Under the pieces are notes generated by a model. The model made no database searches, was not told where the DNA came from, and saw only the letters and a list, made by a program, of their open reading frames with translations. Both the position numbers and the translations under genes were made by a program. This document shows, piece after piece, positions 12,911-25,816 of a DNA stretch of 64,000 bases (the first letter of the stretch is position 1; each line of letters starts with the position of its first letter). The DNA is taken from the NCBI RefSeq assembly GCF_001447785.1, contig NW_015166492.1:196795-260794 (forward strand), written 5' to 3'. The stretch comes from Gekko japonicus. Its lineage: Eukaryota.

Positions 12911-14356
12911 TTAAAACGTTCCCAGCATCATAGAAAGAACCAAAAGTGGAGTCATTTGCTAAAGGTAGCTGACGGAATCTCCATACTTAGAAAGTCTGTC
13001 GCCAGCTGGGAACGAGGTAGGGTTGCCAACAGACCTGGAGAAAAAAATGTCCTGTCACTTTAATAGAGGTTTAATGTGTGGAAATGGGCAGCTGAAGCTT
13101 CCCATGAAGGAGAGATAAGTAAGATCACCTGCTAAATAGCATCCTTTAAGCCTCTGTTAAAGGGACAGGACAGTTTGCAACCCTACCCCGTTCCCAGTCC
13201 CTCTAGGCCAGTTGGCAACCTCTGAGGGCCTGCCCTTTATTTATACCCATTTTTCTCTCCACTAAGAACCCAAGGCAGCTTGCAACATCCTTCTCTCCAT
13301 TTTATCCTAACAACAACCCTGTGAGGTGGGTTTGACTATGAGAGAGAGAGACTGATCCGGGATCCCCCAGCCAGCTTTCAAAGCAGAGTGAAGATTCAAA
13401 CCTGGGGCTCCTGGATCCTGAACTGATACTCTGACCCCTGTGTCACACTGGCAGAACTGTTAACAGAGCTCACAACTATTTGTTTAGTACGTTTATAGTT
13501 CTCAGACAGCACACAAATGGCCGGAGGAACTCCTTTCAACATGATATCAAGAGTATCCATCTGGCCTTTTAACAATTTGCTGGCCAGACACCTGCAGGTA
13601 TACTGCCTCGGAGTATGGAAGTTCCTGGGCCCTAAATGCATGGGACCTCCATAAGAGCCTACATTTTCCTTTCTGGATCAGAAGACAATCATCATCCTCT
13701 GTAGCATGACCTCTTCCTTCTCCCCTTTAGCATTTATGCAGTGCTTTTGAATGTTCAAGTTGATTCACATATGGTACTTTAATGTAGTCCCTTACAACAC
13801 CCCTGTGAGGTAGGCCAGTATTACCAGTCTCCTATTCCAGAGATTGACAGCAAATAGCGTGCCGAAGGTCACCTCGGGAGTCAAACCTCGAGACAATTCA
13901 AACCAGAGACCTCCCGATTTGGAGATCAGTCTCCTAGTTACAATACTGAACAGAAACGCAGAGATACACTAACACGTGGCGATCGTGTTTATCGTGATCA
14001 ATAGCCATTGAAAGAACTTGTTAGCACCCATCATTACCTATTGCGGCAATGAATTCCAACCGTTAATCATGCGGTGGTGAAGAAAGGCTTCCTTATTGCA
14101 GGTGTTAATGTTCATGCCAATCAATTGAATTGGGGACTATAAAATAAACCTGGGAGTCCGCTCCCTGTGTATGCTCTGCCTCCGCCCACCGGAAACACAA
14201 CTTGGAGGTCGTGATTTTTAAACCGCCGCCTCTCCTTGTCGCTGTTTAGGAAGAACTTGTATAAATTTGTTACTGAAGGCATATCGAGGTTCGTTGTTTC
14301 TTGTCCTGTTCTCCCCCAAAAGGGGGCTTTTTCCCGTCTGTACCTTACTACGTAAG

Positions 14357-14396
14357 ATGGACCCGCGCCCTCCATTCAAAAACAGAAAACCCTTTG
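14357..14396 (+). CDS. MAP1LC3C-like: MAP1LC3C-like (ATG8 family) exon 1: MDPRPPFKNRKPF
   Basis: aagATGG start, PFKxRK motif of LC3 N-termini, G|GTAAGT donor (phase 1), 40 nt. Confidence 0.9.
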
Positions 14397-14618
14397 GTAA
14401 GTACCGACTCTATTTCCCGCCCGTGTAAACGCGCCTAACTTTGTGCTGTAAATTGTCGTTTCCAGCTAGGAGCGCTCCCTGCTGGTAAGAGAGGCTGCAG
14501 TGAATTGTTGGGGGCTTTAATATGTTTTCTGTGTTCTTTTTTTGCTTGTTAAGACAGAACTAACTTGAAAGATGAAGTCCTTTTCTGTTTCTGAAGGGAG
14601 TTTACTTTTCTGTTCTAG

Positions 14619-14674
14619 CCTGTAGGAAGAGTGAAGTGGCTTCTATTCGTCTCAAGTTTCCCAACAAACGACCG
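14619..14674 (+). CDS. MAP1LC3C-like: MAP1LC3C-like exon 2: (A)CRKSEVASIRLKFPNKRP
   Basis: Polypyrimidine tract with TAG acceptor, CCG|GTATGT donor, 56 nt. Aligns to LC3C IRQEEVAGIRAKFPNKIP. Confidence 0.92.
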
Positions 14675-14856
14675 GTATGTAGGTTTTGGGGGTATTCTGT
14701 TTTGCAGTGGTGAGTAATAATGTGGAGTGGGAGCAGGGGGCAGAGATGCTGCTCTGTTAAACGTGTTGGTAGAAGACCCAGCGATTATATGGAACTTTTT
14801 TCTTCAATCTTCTCTGCTTAACTATGTGCACTGGACACCCCCCCCCCATTTCAGTT

Positions 14857-15145
14857 GAAGAAGAAGAAGAGGAGGAGGAGATTGGATTTATACCCCACCC
14901 TTCACTTGGAGTCTCAGAGCGGCTTACAAAATCCTTTCCCTTCCCCTCCCCACAACAGACACCCTGTGGGGTGGGTGGGGCTGAGAGAACTCTGACACAA
15001 ACTGCTCTTTTTCAAGGACAGCTGTGCCAGAACTTGTGACTGACCCAAGGTCACATCAGCAGGTGCAAGTGGAGGAGTGGGGAATCAAACCCGGTTCTCC
15101 CAGATTAGAGTCCATGCACTTAACCACTACACCAAACTGGCTCTC
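14857..15145 (-). mobile_element. Squam3/MIR-like tRNA-derived SINE with (CTT)n tail
   Basis: Reverse complement of GAGAGCCAGTTTGGTGTAGTGGTTAAG...CTCACAGGGTGTCTGTTGTGGGG...TATAAATCCAATC(TTC)n. Further copies at ~26440, 39176, 43461, 58681 and 59530. Confidence 0.75.
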
Positions 15146-18100
15146 TGTCCCTAAATATTTATTATCTAAATATTTATTATTTATTACTTTCAATTTATAT
15201 CCCGCCTTGCCAGTGCAACACTGGCTCAAGGCAGCTTAGTTAAAATGCAATAAAACCAATAAGTACAGTAAAAATTCACAGTTAAAAGACAATTACATAA
15301 GGTGCTAATATACACAGATGGTAGCAATGTACGGATAAATCTTCAATCCACTCAGTAACTCCCTGTTGAGGAACTGTTACTATCTGTGTATGTAGTTCCC
15401 AACATGGCCAAATCTGTGGATGCTTAAATTCAGGGGGTTTTCTCCAAGAAACCTGGAAAATGCTCCATGTTTTTTTGGGGGGAGGATCTGAAATTGCTCA
15501 CCTGCAGGCCTTGGTATCTATCAGGAGGAGGCAGGGCTCTTTCCAGGAATGGCAAGACCATTGGGTGACTGGATACCTCACCAGTTGCATGATTCACCCA
15601 ATGTTGTTTCCTTGCTACTGTTCCGACAGTAGCTCCCTCTCCAAGCCAATGTGGTGTAGTAGTTAAGAGTTTCAGATTAGGCTTGGGAGACCCAGGTTTG
15701 AATTCCTGCTCTGCTGTGAAAGCTGGCTGTGTGACTGTGTTCATAGGAGTGCCATCCTCCAGGTGGTGCCTGGAGAGCTCTCAGGATTACAACTGGTCTT
15801 TAGCTGGTAAAGATCAGCTCCCCTGGAGAAAACGGCTCCTTTGCAAGCTGGTTTCTACAGCATTATGTCCTGCTGATCTCTTTCCCAAAACCCTGCTATC
15901 CCCAGGCTCCACCCCAAAAATATTCCAGGATTTCTCAACCCAGAGCTGATGACCCTATGGGCCAATCACACATTCTTAGTTTAATGTACAGGATAGTTGT
16001 GACGATGCGATGGAGGCGAGGAGAATGATATAAGTTGCCCTGGGTCCCCATTATGGACAAAACTGGAACATAAATGAAGTAAGTAATGTAGCTTAAGATG
16101 GGGAGGCAGTTAAAAAGTAGGTTAGTGGGTGGGAAGGAGAGAAGGAAGCAGGGAAATGGAGAGGATGGAGGGTTGCCAGGAGGAGGGAAAGAAGAAATAG
16201 TGCAGGGAAGAGGGCACGGGATAATGAGGAGTCCCCTGCAAGTCGTTGTAGGTTCCCCACCACACAACTGGGTCTGGCATTCAGTACTTGGCTGCCAGGT
16301 GGGAAAGCTGACTATGGGGCAGATAAAGGTAGGTTGGCTGGTGGGTGGGGGAAGGAAGCAGAAAAAGGGAGAGGCTACTGGGGGCTTTCATGGAAGGGAG
16401 ACAGGAAAAGGAAAAAAATGAAATGTCCTTTCAGGTCTCCTACGTGTATGCAATGAAATTCACCCCTGTTGTAAGGGTGCTTACCCTCTTTGCTTAGTGT
16501 CTATTGGTCTCATGTGGTGTTCTGTTTTTTAAAAATATCTTCTAAGAATTATAGTAGTACTAACCTGGCACATGTTCCCGAACTGGGTTGCTTCATTGAA
16601 GTTGGTAACTCAAGTTAGTGTGCTTATTTGAATACACACTTTTATTGCGTGCTTACTTCAAAGTAAAACTCTAGTGAAGTGTTTTTCTCACTGGGGTCAA
16701 CTCGTGTTTCAATTATACCGCTCAGGACTGCAGGTGGGAGGTCACATTTTATTTTTATTTACTTCATTTATAGACCACCTTTCTCATTGAGCCTCGAGGG
16801 GGGGGGGTTACAATGTTTTTAAAAAGCAGTTTAATCAGAGAGCAAGGACCACAGTAAACAACACAGGAGAACTAGGCTTACGGAATTGGGTAAGAGCGCA
16901 AACACCAACTACAATGAAAAGAAAGAGAGAATTGTCTAGGCATGGTATGTCACAATGCGGAAGGTGGATTACAAACATAATAAAAGGAAGTTGATAGAGA
17001 CAATGAACTTTGCAATATGCTTCAGTCCTCTCCTGTATAAAGCAGCCTCCTCAGCTGTTCCATACTGTTCTAGCCCCTTTATAGAAATGTCCTCCTGAAT
17101 TCTTTTCTGTTTTGCACGTTTTGCAGAATGATAGCAGGATTGGGAGCCTTGCTGATTTCCTCGTATGACTATTGCTCCATGTGCAATAATTCCCCACACA
17201 TAGAAATTTAGCGTCCCAGGGCTTGAATCCTTGTTCCTGACCTCTGTTTTTTAATGTGCTGGGAGTCTGTATGGAGCAGCATCCAATTACGTGGTGCCCC
17301 ATGCACATTTCACAGTTGGAAATGGTGTAGCCCAGGGATCCCCAACCTTTTTGAGCTTGTGGGCACCTTTAGAGTTCTGACACAGGGTGGTGGGAGCAGC
17401 CACAAAATGGCTGCCGCAGGAGATGGAGCCAACCACAAAATGGCTTCCTCAGGAGGTAGAGTCACACATATCAGAAGCCTAAGTGCAGGGGAGAAAAGGG
17501 GTAATTAGACACACACAAACACACACACAGAGGAAAAGAAGGCAGAGAGAATAAAACCCCACACTATCTTGGCAGCAAAACAATATTATTTTAATTTGCA
17601 CAGTCCATCAGATCTCCAAGGGCCCATTAGACACCCTGCTGGGAAAACCCCCACACAGTCCCACCCATTTTATAAGAACAGTAGGCACTGGCTGGATACC
17701 AAGAAAGGTGTCGGCAGGCACCAAGGTGCTTACAGCCACCATACTGTGGACCACAGGTGTAACCTATGTACTGGTTCACCACAGTTAATTCAGTGGGTCT
17801 CTACTTCTGTATAAATGTGACTATATCCATAAACTTAAATACATTAAAGACTGGATGCCTGGAATCTTGTTAATTTTCCTGTCCCCCCTGAATTACTTTG
17901 TACCCCCGACCCCTTTGTGAAAGAATGTATGTGGCCTGTTCAAGCATTCGGGATGAGCAAGGGAACAAAGAAAAGGTGAAAACGAACAGTCCCCTTTCCC
18001 TATGTTCAGTACTTCCCTGTAATGATGCTTAAGTAGGACAAGCTAGTACTACTTGAAGGTGCAGTAGTTTAAAGTTGGTCATTACCTTCTCATGGTTGGG

Positions 18101-19158
18101 TCTCCTGCCTGTTGTCCCTTGCTGCATGGACAAGATGGAGTCCCTGGGTCGAAGTTCAGTCCTTCATGGCTCGTGTCCGTTCAAGGAGCTGCTCTGAATG
18201 GAAGAAGAGCTGCTCCAAATAGAAGAGAGATTGTTCTGTGTCCTGAGCGTTTATAGTCTACCCTAGGAGTCCATCTTACTTTGAGGTCATTTTGATCCTC
18301 CTGCTTCAAGAAGAATAAAATAAATTGTACCAGTTTGGCTGTTCACTTCTCTGTCCCTTCGGGTGTCACCTTCCAGTAGACTATGGGGTGGTAAACCATT
18401 GTCCCGCTTTGGCCAGAGCCATTAGCATAACCAAGAACTTGAGTGCTCTCTGCGTTGAGCTGGATGGCTGCTTCCCCCAACCCTCTCCTTTCTGCCACCT
18501 GAGTGCAAGTGGGTTCCTGAGCACATACAGAATGCAGTCACAGTGCCTGAAATATTGGTGTGAAAATTCTGGGTGGGGAGTATTTCTCCCCACTCCTTAC
18601 TGGAACTGTGCTACTGTTCCCCTTCAGAATGTGGGTGGTGACCCTTCTTAAAGTCCTCTCTTGTATTTTAAGCTCTCTAGATGATTTCAGGAGAGCTTTC
18701 AATGGAACTTGTTCCCTTCATTCCCCCTCCTCCTCTGTTTTGTTCACCTTCAAACCTGAACTGAATTGGGGTATTTTATCTGACAAATGAAATACTACGA
18801 ATACACTGTAGGTAGGGATGGGCACTGTAAAATCCACCCAGAAGCTTGACAACTCTACCTTGACACTCATTGTTTGTACCTGATGCTGATACCTAAAACT
18901 GAGTTGTAATAATTGGTACAAACACAGGGCTAGGCAAATAGGGAGGTAATTGCTGACTGTTGGGGGGCTTAAGTGATGTTGTCCTTGCTGACAATATACC
19001 TGTGAGGCCTGGTGGGGGCAAACAGAGGGCTCTTTTCATTCCCTGCTTGTTTGAGCATTTTAGAGGCAAGTGATGCTCCACTGTTGGAGCCAATGTATGG
19101 CTGAGTTTGGACCACTGCCCTTACCAAGCCAGCTCCATGTTTCTTCCTATTTTCGTAG

Positions 19159-19265
19159 GTGATCCTGGAGCGCTATCCCAAGGAGAAAATATTGCCGGTA
19201 ATGAACAAGGTCAAATTCCTTGTTCCGGAAGACCTCACTATGGGCCAGTTTGTCTCGATTATCCG
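19159..19265 (+). CDS. MAP1LC3C-like: MAP1LC3C-like exon 3: VILERYPKEKILPVMNKVKFLVPEDLTMGQFVSIIR
   Basis: TAG acceptor, CG|GTAAGA donor, 107 nt. Aligns to LC3C VVVERYPRETFLPPLDKTKFLVPQELTMTQFLSIIR. Confidence 0.95.
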
Positions 19266-19870
19266 GTAAGATCAGTTTTTCTGTAGCATTAATCCTGCTC
19301 TGCAGGGGTGGTGTTTTTAGATGATGCAAGTTGTTTTGACTTTTGCATTTGTCCACTGTTACCCTGCACTTAGCCCGCCTAAGGTCTGAGTACAAGGTTA
19401 GGCTATAAACCTAAGCCTCTTTCATTGGTGAGAAATCCTCTTGATTCACTTTTCCTTCCTCTGGGCTTTGGCAAGTCCACAGCAGTTACCTCAAGATCTC
19501 CCCTTTGGGAAACACTGTTGGCTTACGGTATTGTTATAATTCGACTTGGACCTGAGAAGCGAGTACATGCACCACTTTTTTTTGCTGTCAAGTCACAGCT
19601 GACTTATGGCAACCCTGTAGGGTTTTCAAGGCTAGAGATGTTCAGAGTTGGTTTGCCATTGCCTGCCTCCGTGTTGTGACACTAATATTCCTTGGTGGTC
19701 TCCCATCCAAATAGTGACCAGGCTCAACCCTGCTTAGCTTCCAAGATCGGGTTATCCTGGGCTATCCAGGTCAAGGCATCTCAGGTCCAACTCAGATCTC
19801 TCCTCTGCGGTTAACATATTGGGTGGTCTTAGCCAAGTGGCTGTTTCCCCTAAACTGCAGCTCTCTCATC

Positions 19871-20075
19871 CAGTGTTCCTTCTAAGCTGAGTTAGTGTCA
19901 GCTAGCTCAGTTTTTTTAGCCACTGGCTCACACATTTTTGTCTTAGCTCAGGAAGGATGGCTCCAGAGCAAACTAATTTAAGCAGTAGCCAAATTGCTCG
20001 CTCACAACCTTAATGCCAGTAGCTCACAAAGTAGAATTTTTGCTCACAAGACTCCACAGCTTAGAGGGAGCATTG
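19871..20075 (+). mobile_element. hAT MITE family A (LC3-like intron 3)
   Basis: TIRs; TSD CTCTCATC/CTCCCATC. Confidence 0.9.
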
Positions 20076-20523
20076 CTCCCATCCTATTATGAACAGAACA
20101 CCGGCCTGCCACGTGGGATTGTTGGAAAGGTAACTTAAAATTGTGTGTGTGTGTGTATCCATAAACCCTAAGTATTTCTGTGCTTTGCTTTTGGAAGATT
20201 GTGTTTACTTGGGCTTTACTATTTTATCCTGACAAAATGAGATGTCCAGAGGGCCCTAGCAGGTTGTAGAAACAAGGGGGTTAAATATTTGCGACCTGGT
20301 TTAAGCTCCAGTTACATTAATGGGATTTAAGAGAGTCTGGTGTTGTGGGGAGGGAAATATCTCATTACACACAGGGAGGGGTGAGAGAATTTGTATGATC
20401 AGAAGCCTTGGTTTATATATTTTACAGACTGCCTTTCTCACTGAGACTCCAGGCATATTACAGAATAAAAACAATGTACTCTTTGCGGCATAAGACATGA
20501 TATTTCTTACTCTCTTCCCTCAG

Positions 20524-20686
20524 AAACAGAATGTCCATTGGCTCCACACAAGCCTTCTACTTCCTGGCTGATAATAACCGCAGTATGGTTAACATGTCAG
20601 CCACCATGTCTGAAGTGTACTCGAGGTACAAAGACGAAGACGGCTTCCTGTACATGACCTACGCCTCGCAGGAGACGTTTGGCTGA
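20524..20686 (+). CDS. MAP1LC3C-like: MAP1LC3C-like exon 4: NRMSIGSTQAFYFLADNNRSMVNMSATMSEVYSRYKDEDGFLYMTYASQETFG-stop
   Basis: CAG acceptor and hallmark KDEDGFLYMTYASQETFG. The four exons total 366 nt = 121 aa plus TGA with consistent phases. Confidence 0.95.
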
Positions 20687-22750
20687 CAGCACTTGAGCTG
20701 TTCAGGGGGTCATGATTTGGTTGAAATCGGTTTCTGCCTCTCTGACCACACCACCCACCTTCTCTTAAAAACTGGATTGCGTTCTTCTCAGAGTGCCTGG
20801 CTGGCTCTACGCTCCTCTGCTGTGTCACAAAAAAACCCTTAGAGATCTTTCTGAGGGGGGGGGGCTGTCTTGACAATGGACTGAGTAGATATTTTGGGTT
20901 GCCTCTTGGGTGATGGGTATTAGGGAGGAGATCCCATGTTCTAAAAGGATCGCAGTGTTTCCATTCAGAGCCCTTTGTAGACTCTCTAGAGTCCTCCTTT
21001 GCTGATCTGGGCCCTGATTCGTCAAGGGGTCACTTGGGCACTGTTGATGAGGTGGCTGTAGCTATGGCTCTCTCTCGAGTAGCATGGATCAAGCTGGCCT
21101 TAGGTGACAGCTTTTAATTGACATTCAAGGGTGGGTTTTAGGAGAGGCTTGTTATAGGTGGTGGTTCTCACAAAATGGAGAAAGAGCCCTTCTTACATCA
21201 TGCATCATTGCTGCTTTCAGGAAACTGCCTCCTCCCTGGGGTAGGTAGTGGTTTCTTGTGAACTTTCACGACACTTGAATGCTTCTATTCCCTTTTAAAG
21301 ATGCAAATCCTGCATGAGGGTGGAGGGGATGCTTCACTGCGGACTGGGGAGTTTAGAGAGCATCTTCACTTTGGAGAAGGAATGAATGTGGATTGGTTAA
21401 AAAGCAGTATTGGAATAATATTGGAAAGAGACTTGCTTTTGTCAACCAACCACTTTTAAGACCACAATTGTAACGTGTCCACTTCTGAGTAGCNNNNNNN
21501 NNNNNNNNNNNNNNNNNNNNNNNNNNNNNNNNNNNNNNNNNNNNNNNNNNNNNNNNGAGGACACCTTCCCCTTTTTCTGCTGTTTCTTAACTGGCAGCGA
21601 TGTATGCTGTTCAGGGTCTACGCTTGAGGGATCATAGCAGGGGCCGTACAAGCCAGTGCCTTGCCAAGATCTTAAAATAAGCTTTAAGGAACATCACACA
21701 CTGGTTTAAAGCAGAGCTCTTTGGAAGATTTTAATTCCCTACCAGGCCTAGTAAGCTCTGCTTTCTACAGTTCTGGTCTAGAGTCGTTTTGCTAGTCCCC
21801 AACACTATTCACTCGGCTTTTAAGATTTGCATTCCTTTTTTGTGTGATTGGTTTTAATGTAGTTGGAAATATTTGGCTTGCTATAGTGTAAGTTAGAAAT
21901 GGCATGCTTGGTCTTTTAGTATGGGATCAGGAGGAAGTGGCAGTGGCAAAATACCTGGGTCCTCTCTTGCTGCACAGCCAGAGACTGGAAGCTAAAAGAG
22001 GGAGTTCTCCTTCTGGACCAACCTATAGCTGAAGCTTTAGATGAGCTGTCTACAACAGAAGGATGGGTCTTTGCTGCCAGTGCGTTGGAGGGGAAGGGGC
22101 CTGAAGTTGGGAAGAAAAGCCCTCGTGGCTTATATGGGATAGGAACTGCACCCATTTTTATGACCTAATATAGTACGTGAAGGGACATTCTTGCTGTCAA
22201 ATGGGGTGATAGAAAGTTCCTTCGCTGCAGCTCACAGGTGCTTTTCTTTGTAATTAGTAGCCTGGTAACTTAGATTAGGACCATGGTTTGGGGGGGGGTG
22301 TTCTGACCCTCTCCCCATGCTGTTTTTTGGCTCTGCTCTATACTTCATTGAGGTAATGATTAAGGCATGCTGTATGATATCAGTATCTGCTTCAGCTGGG
22401 TGAACAATAGCTCTGTGGGGTTGTTTCAGTTGGGGAAACAGCAAGGTGGTATGGGAGAGGTGTAAGGTTTTAAATCCCCCCTTTAGGCATCTGCAGGTGC
22501 TCTCAATGAAGGAGGAAGTGCTTAGAGTGTCCCCGTATCTTGCTTTGGCCCCTTCACCACAAGCATATTTTAAGGGAAGATTGATTGTGGTGGTGTTCCC
22601 TCACAAGAGAATGCTAAACGCTTCTGGGATAGCTCACAGTGTGCTGAGGGTCCTTTGACATCTTGGGAAGGCTGAACAGACAGCTTATCTGCGCTTGGGC
22701 CTCATTGGGGTGAAATGCATTATGGGTATTATGTGGCTTAATCTCGGTCA

Positions 22751-22756
22751 AATAAA
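22751..22756 (+). terminator. Candidate poly(A) signal (AATAAA) of the LC3-like gene
   Basis: AATAAA followed by T/GT-rich sequence at the end of a ~2-kb repeat-poor stretch downstream of the stop codon. Confidence 0.4.
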
Positions 22757-23273
22757 GAGCTGTTTTTGCGAACTTTATGGCTCATGTTTTCTTTTCTTTG
22801 GAGTGGGGAGAGGGAGGTAAGAAGCCAGGAGGCTTATTCCGAGGTAGTCTTGAAGGCCATGAAGAACAATGGCTGTACAATAAGGGACATTCCACTGCAC
22901 CAGCCTTACTAAAACGAAGGCTAGCTTCACAAATGCATTCTTTGATTCTTGTTTCTGAGGCTGGTGTAAGAGAGTATCCCTCTCATAGTGTTCAGTGTTA
23001 ATGCCCAGTCGGCAATATCTTTGTTGACTTGGTTGATTCCCTGACACCTTAGAAACCAGATTAATGCCTACCTTTACCAAATTCACTGCCATACAGTGGT
23101 TGCCAAACGCCTTTTAGACTTGTTTAAGACTTGTCAGCTTCAGAACACTTCTGAAAGCTCTAAAACCATGATACTCATGCCACGACTCGCAGAGAGCCAC
23201 ATCTGCGATCCCCAACAACCAAAACAGCCATGTGACTATTACATCCCCTAAGCACCCCCAAAACACACACACT

Positions 23274-23685
23274 GGCCCCGGTCACATGGGAGGATTTGCC
23301 CCGTGGGAGGGACGGATCAGGGGCACATCAAGTGGGTGCGATCTGGGAAGCAGCGCGCACCCGTCCCCGATCCATCCCTTCCAGCCGAAAACCCGCCGCA
23401 AAAACGTAGCACAAAAAAACCCTACCTGTTGATGTGCAGCACAGGCCGATGTCTGATTGCCGACGCGCCAGTCTCCCTGCAGCATACAGAGGCACTGTAG
23501 AACTGCGCATGCGCACCAGGCTCGCCTCACCGATCTGTGGCTTCCCCCTGGCATTCAATCATGCTGGGGAGCAACTGCGCGGCGGCTCGGGGGATCTGTC
23601 TGATCCTGCCGCCACGCTTCTCTTTTGATGCGGCTCAAAAAAGCCGCACTTCAGCCGCACCTTTCCCCCCAGTGTGACCGGGGCC
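23274..23685. mobile_element. GC-rich Harbinger-like MITE
   Basis: TIR GGCCCCGGTCACA / TGTGACCGGGGCC, 3-bp TSD ACT; homologous copy at 41990-42423. Confidence 0.75.
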
Positions 23686-25127
23686 ACTGTTAGAACCATG
23701 TGACATATGTAACCTTAAGAACCAGAGTATCTCTGAGCACATGGGGTTGTCTGTCTCTACCTCGTCGAACTTGAGCCAGCCCTTGTGTGCCTTTCTACTT
23801 CCTACATCCTTTCCTGATCCTGTGGCACAAGCCCCACAGCTCATGTGAGACAGACAAAGCTACTCTGCGTCATGCCAGGGAAAGCAAGAAGGCAGCAAGA
23901 GAAAGGTGCACAGTAGAATGCTGCTGTAAGCCAGCTGAGGAGTACTGTGAGCCTTGCTTAGCAAGCGGAGCAGGCTTCTACAATGGGAAGCCTGCATGGC
24001 CTCTGCAGGAGGTACAGGAGGTCAGGAGAGAGGGTAAGGAGCCTGGGAAAGAGCAAACTGGCTATGAAATCACACCCGCACACTGTGCTCTGCTTGCTGG
24101 TTTCCTAGATGACTTCTACAGTGGCAGGTATTTTGCTTTTTCTTCTCTGTGGCTAGCTCATTCTCCTCCTGGCCAGGTGCTGGGATGAGAATGCAGAAGT
24201 TGCCGAGAAGGGTGGGCCCTTCAGTTCTACCCCTGCCATGAATAGGGTTACTAACTCCAGGATGGGAAACACCTGGAGATTTGGTGGGTGGAGCCTGAGG
24301 AGGGTGGGGTTTGGGGAGGGACTTCAATGGGGTAGAATGCCAAGAAGTCCACATTTAAGAGCAGCCATTTTCTCCAGGTGAACTGGTCTCAGTCTGGTGT
24401 CATAGTTAAGAGCGGCAGCCTGTAATCTGGAGAAACCAGGTTTGATTCCCCATTCCTCCATGTGAAGCCTGGTGACCTTGGGCCAGTCACCATTCTCTCA
24501 GAACTCTCTAAGCCCCACCTGCCTCACACAGCAACCGTTGTGAAGAAAGCAAGGGAAAGCAAGTGGGTAGAGAAAAACTGGGTATAAAAACCAGCTCCTC
24601 TTCATCTCTGTCACATGGAGATCAAATAGTGGGAAATCTCCAGCCAGCCCCTGAAAGTTGGCAACCCTAGACACAAGGCCTACACCTCAGGGAGGTTCAC
24701 AGCTTAACCCTCTTCCCGCCCTTCCAGCAACTAATTTAAGGTGGGAACCGCCTGCCAACCATGAGTCCTAAAGGGCTGTGGCCTTGTCCACTATCCCGAA
24801 ACATGGAGCAGGTGCTACATATGACAACAGTGCTTAAAAGAACTGCAGGTGGTTCTTGAGCTGTAAAAGCAATGGAGGCTGCAGCCTTAAGATATTCCTA
24901 TTTGCCCATTTCCCTTTCAACCCTGCTGAAGAGAACTATGTGGCCATACCCAAAGTAATAAATGCGCACTTCTTTCTCTTTTGTTGGCATTGTGTGCGCG
25001 TACATGCATGCCTGGAAGTCATGTCAACTTCTGGCAAACCCTACTGAGGCACGGAGGATGTTCCGAGAAGTGGCTTGATACAGCCTGCCTCTGCCTCCCA
25101 GTCCTGGTATTCCAAGGAGGTCTCCTA

Positions 25128-25530
25128 ACATAAGAACATAAGAGAAGCCAATGTTGGATCAGGCCAATGGCCCATCCAGACCAACACTCAGTCACACAGT
25201 GGCCAAAAATACCAGGTGCCATCAGGAGGTCAGGCAGTGAGGCCAGGACACTAGAAGCCCTCCCACTGTTGCTCCCTCCGAGCACCAGGAATACAGAGCA
25301 TCACTTGACCCAGACTGAGAGCTCCTATCTATACTTTGTGGCTAATAGCCACTGATGGACCTCTGCTCCATATGTTTATCTAATTCCCTCCCTCTCGAAG
25401 TTGTCCATGCTTGTAGCCACCACCACCTCCTGTGGCAGTGAATTCCACGTTAATCACTCTTTGGGTGAAGAAGTACTTCCTTTTATCTGTTCTAACCAGA
25501 CTGCTCAGCAATTTCATTGAGTGCCCACGA
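25128..25530 (-). mobile_element. CR1 LINE 3' fragment
   Basis: (ACATAAGA)n tail and typical CR1 3' end in reverse. Similar pieces at ~34318-34510 and 34720-34995. Confidence 0.7.
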
Positions 25531-25816
25531 GTACTCCTATCCAAGTACTTGCCAGGAAGGTTTGGCCCTGCTTTGCTTCCCAGATCTGATGAAATCAGGC
25601 ATGCCTGGGCTATCCAAGTTATGGCAATGTGTACCTCTAAGCTGTGTTAAGTGGCGTGGCTTTGGACAAAGGAACGTGGTAATAAGCCTACACTTCCCAG
25701 GTTTGGGGGTGGGCGGGCTCTAAATGAACCAAATCTAGTTTAAAGCAGAGAGAAAATGGAAGTGCTGCACATAGTTTGAACTTTTGGCCACAATTCTCGC
25801 AGTGTGGAATTGCTCT

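Noticed and set aside
23787-24188. Cys-rich 133-aa ORF
   Set aside because: Non-ATG start, no recognisable motif and no exon context.
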